A stretch of DNA of 62,880 nucleotides, counting the filler, from Octopus bimaculoides (lineage: Eukaryota), in assembly GCF_001194135.2 (NCBI RefSeq). It is 8 parts of 8 records of this genome, joined end to end, with 100 filler letters (N's around TTAATTAATTAA, not from the genome) between each part and the next. Parts side by side here need not be neighbours in the genome. Positions count along the whole stretch, not along the records: positions 61,743 to 62,880 come from NW_026406188.1; 7 more parts are not named here. One strand, given 5' to 3'. The notes beneath the pieces are model-generated. The model was not told where the DNA came from, ran no database searches, and saw only the letters and a list, made by a program, of their open reading frames with translations. Of this stretch, positions 62,843-62,880 are shown in pieces; position 1 is the stretch's first letter, and each line of letters begins with the position of its first letter. The translations under genes were made by a program, and so were the position numbers.

Positions 62843-62880
<38 letters not shown>

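Overview
AT-rich eukaryotic (invertebrate animal) draft-assembly DNA. It is saturated with microsatellites and broken by many N gaps, seven of which carry an artificial TTAATTAATTAA linker. The repeat families look like those I recall from Octopus genomes; this is inference and was not searched. I found no credible intact host protein-coding gene. Almost all listed ORFs are translations of (CA)n/(TA)n/(TAA)n tracts or of Ns. The identifiable content is transposon debris: about 20 copies of three or four tRNA-head SINE families, decayed LINE pieces (R4/Dong-like and HERO-like RLE elements, CR1/L2-like, RTE-like, Tx1/L1-like), a mariner transposase 3' end and several MITEs. The most interesting signals are: two minimal hammerhead-ribozyme-like motifs sharing a non-canonical CCGANGA core; a ~400 bp near-perfect foldback next to one of them; R4/Dong-like and non-coding elements sitting in specific microsatellites ((TAA)n and possibly (TATG)n); an inverted Dong-like insertion with twin-priming geometry; a pre-miRNA-sized hairpin; and a CpG-decayed block at about 37.5-42.5 kb suggesting a methylated gene body. 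Protein assignments come from manual translation and recalled family motifs, so boundaries are approximate (about +/-20-50 bp).
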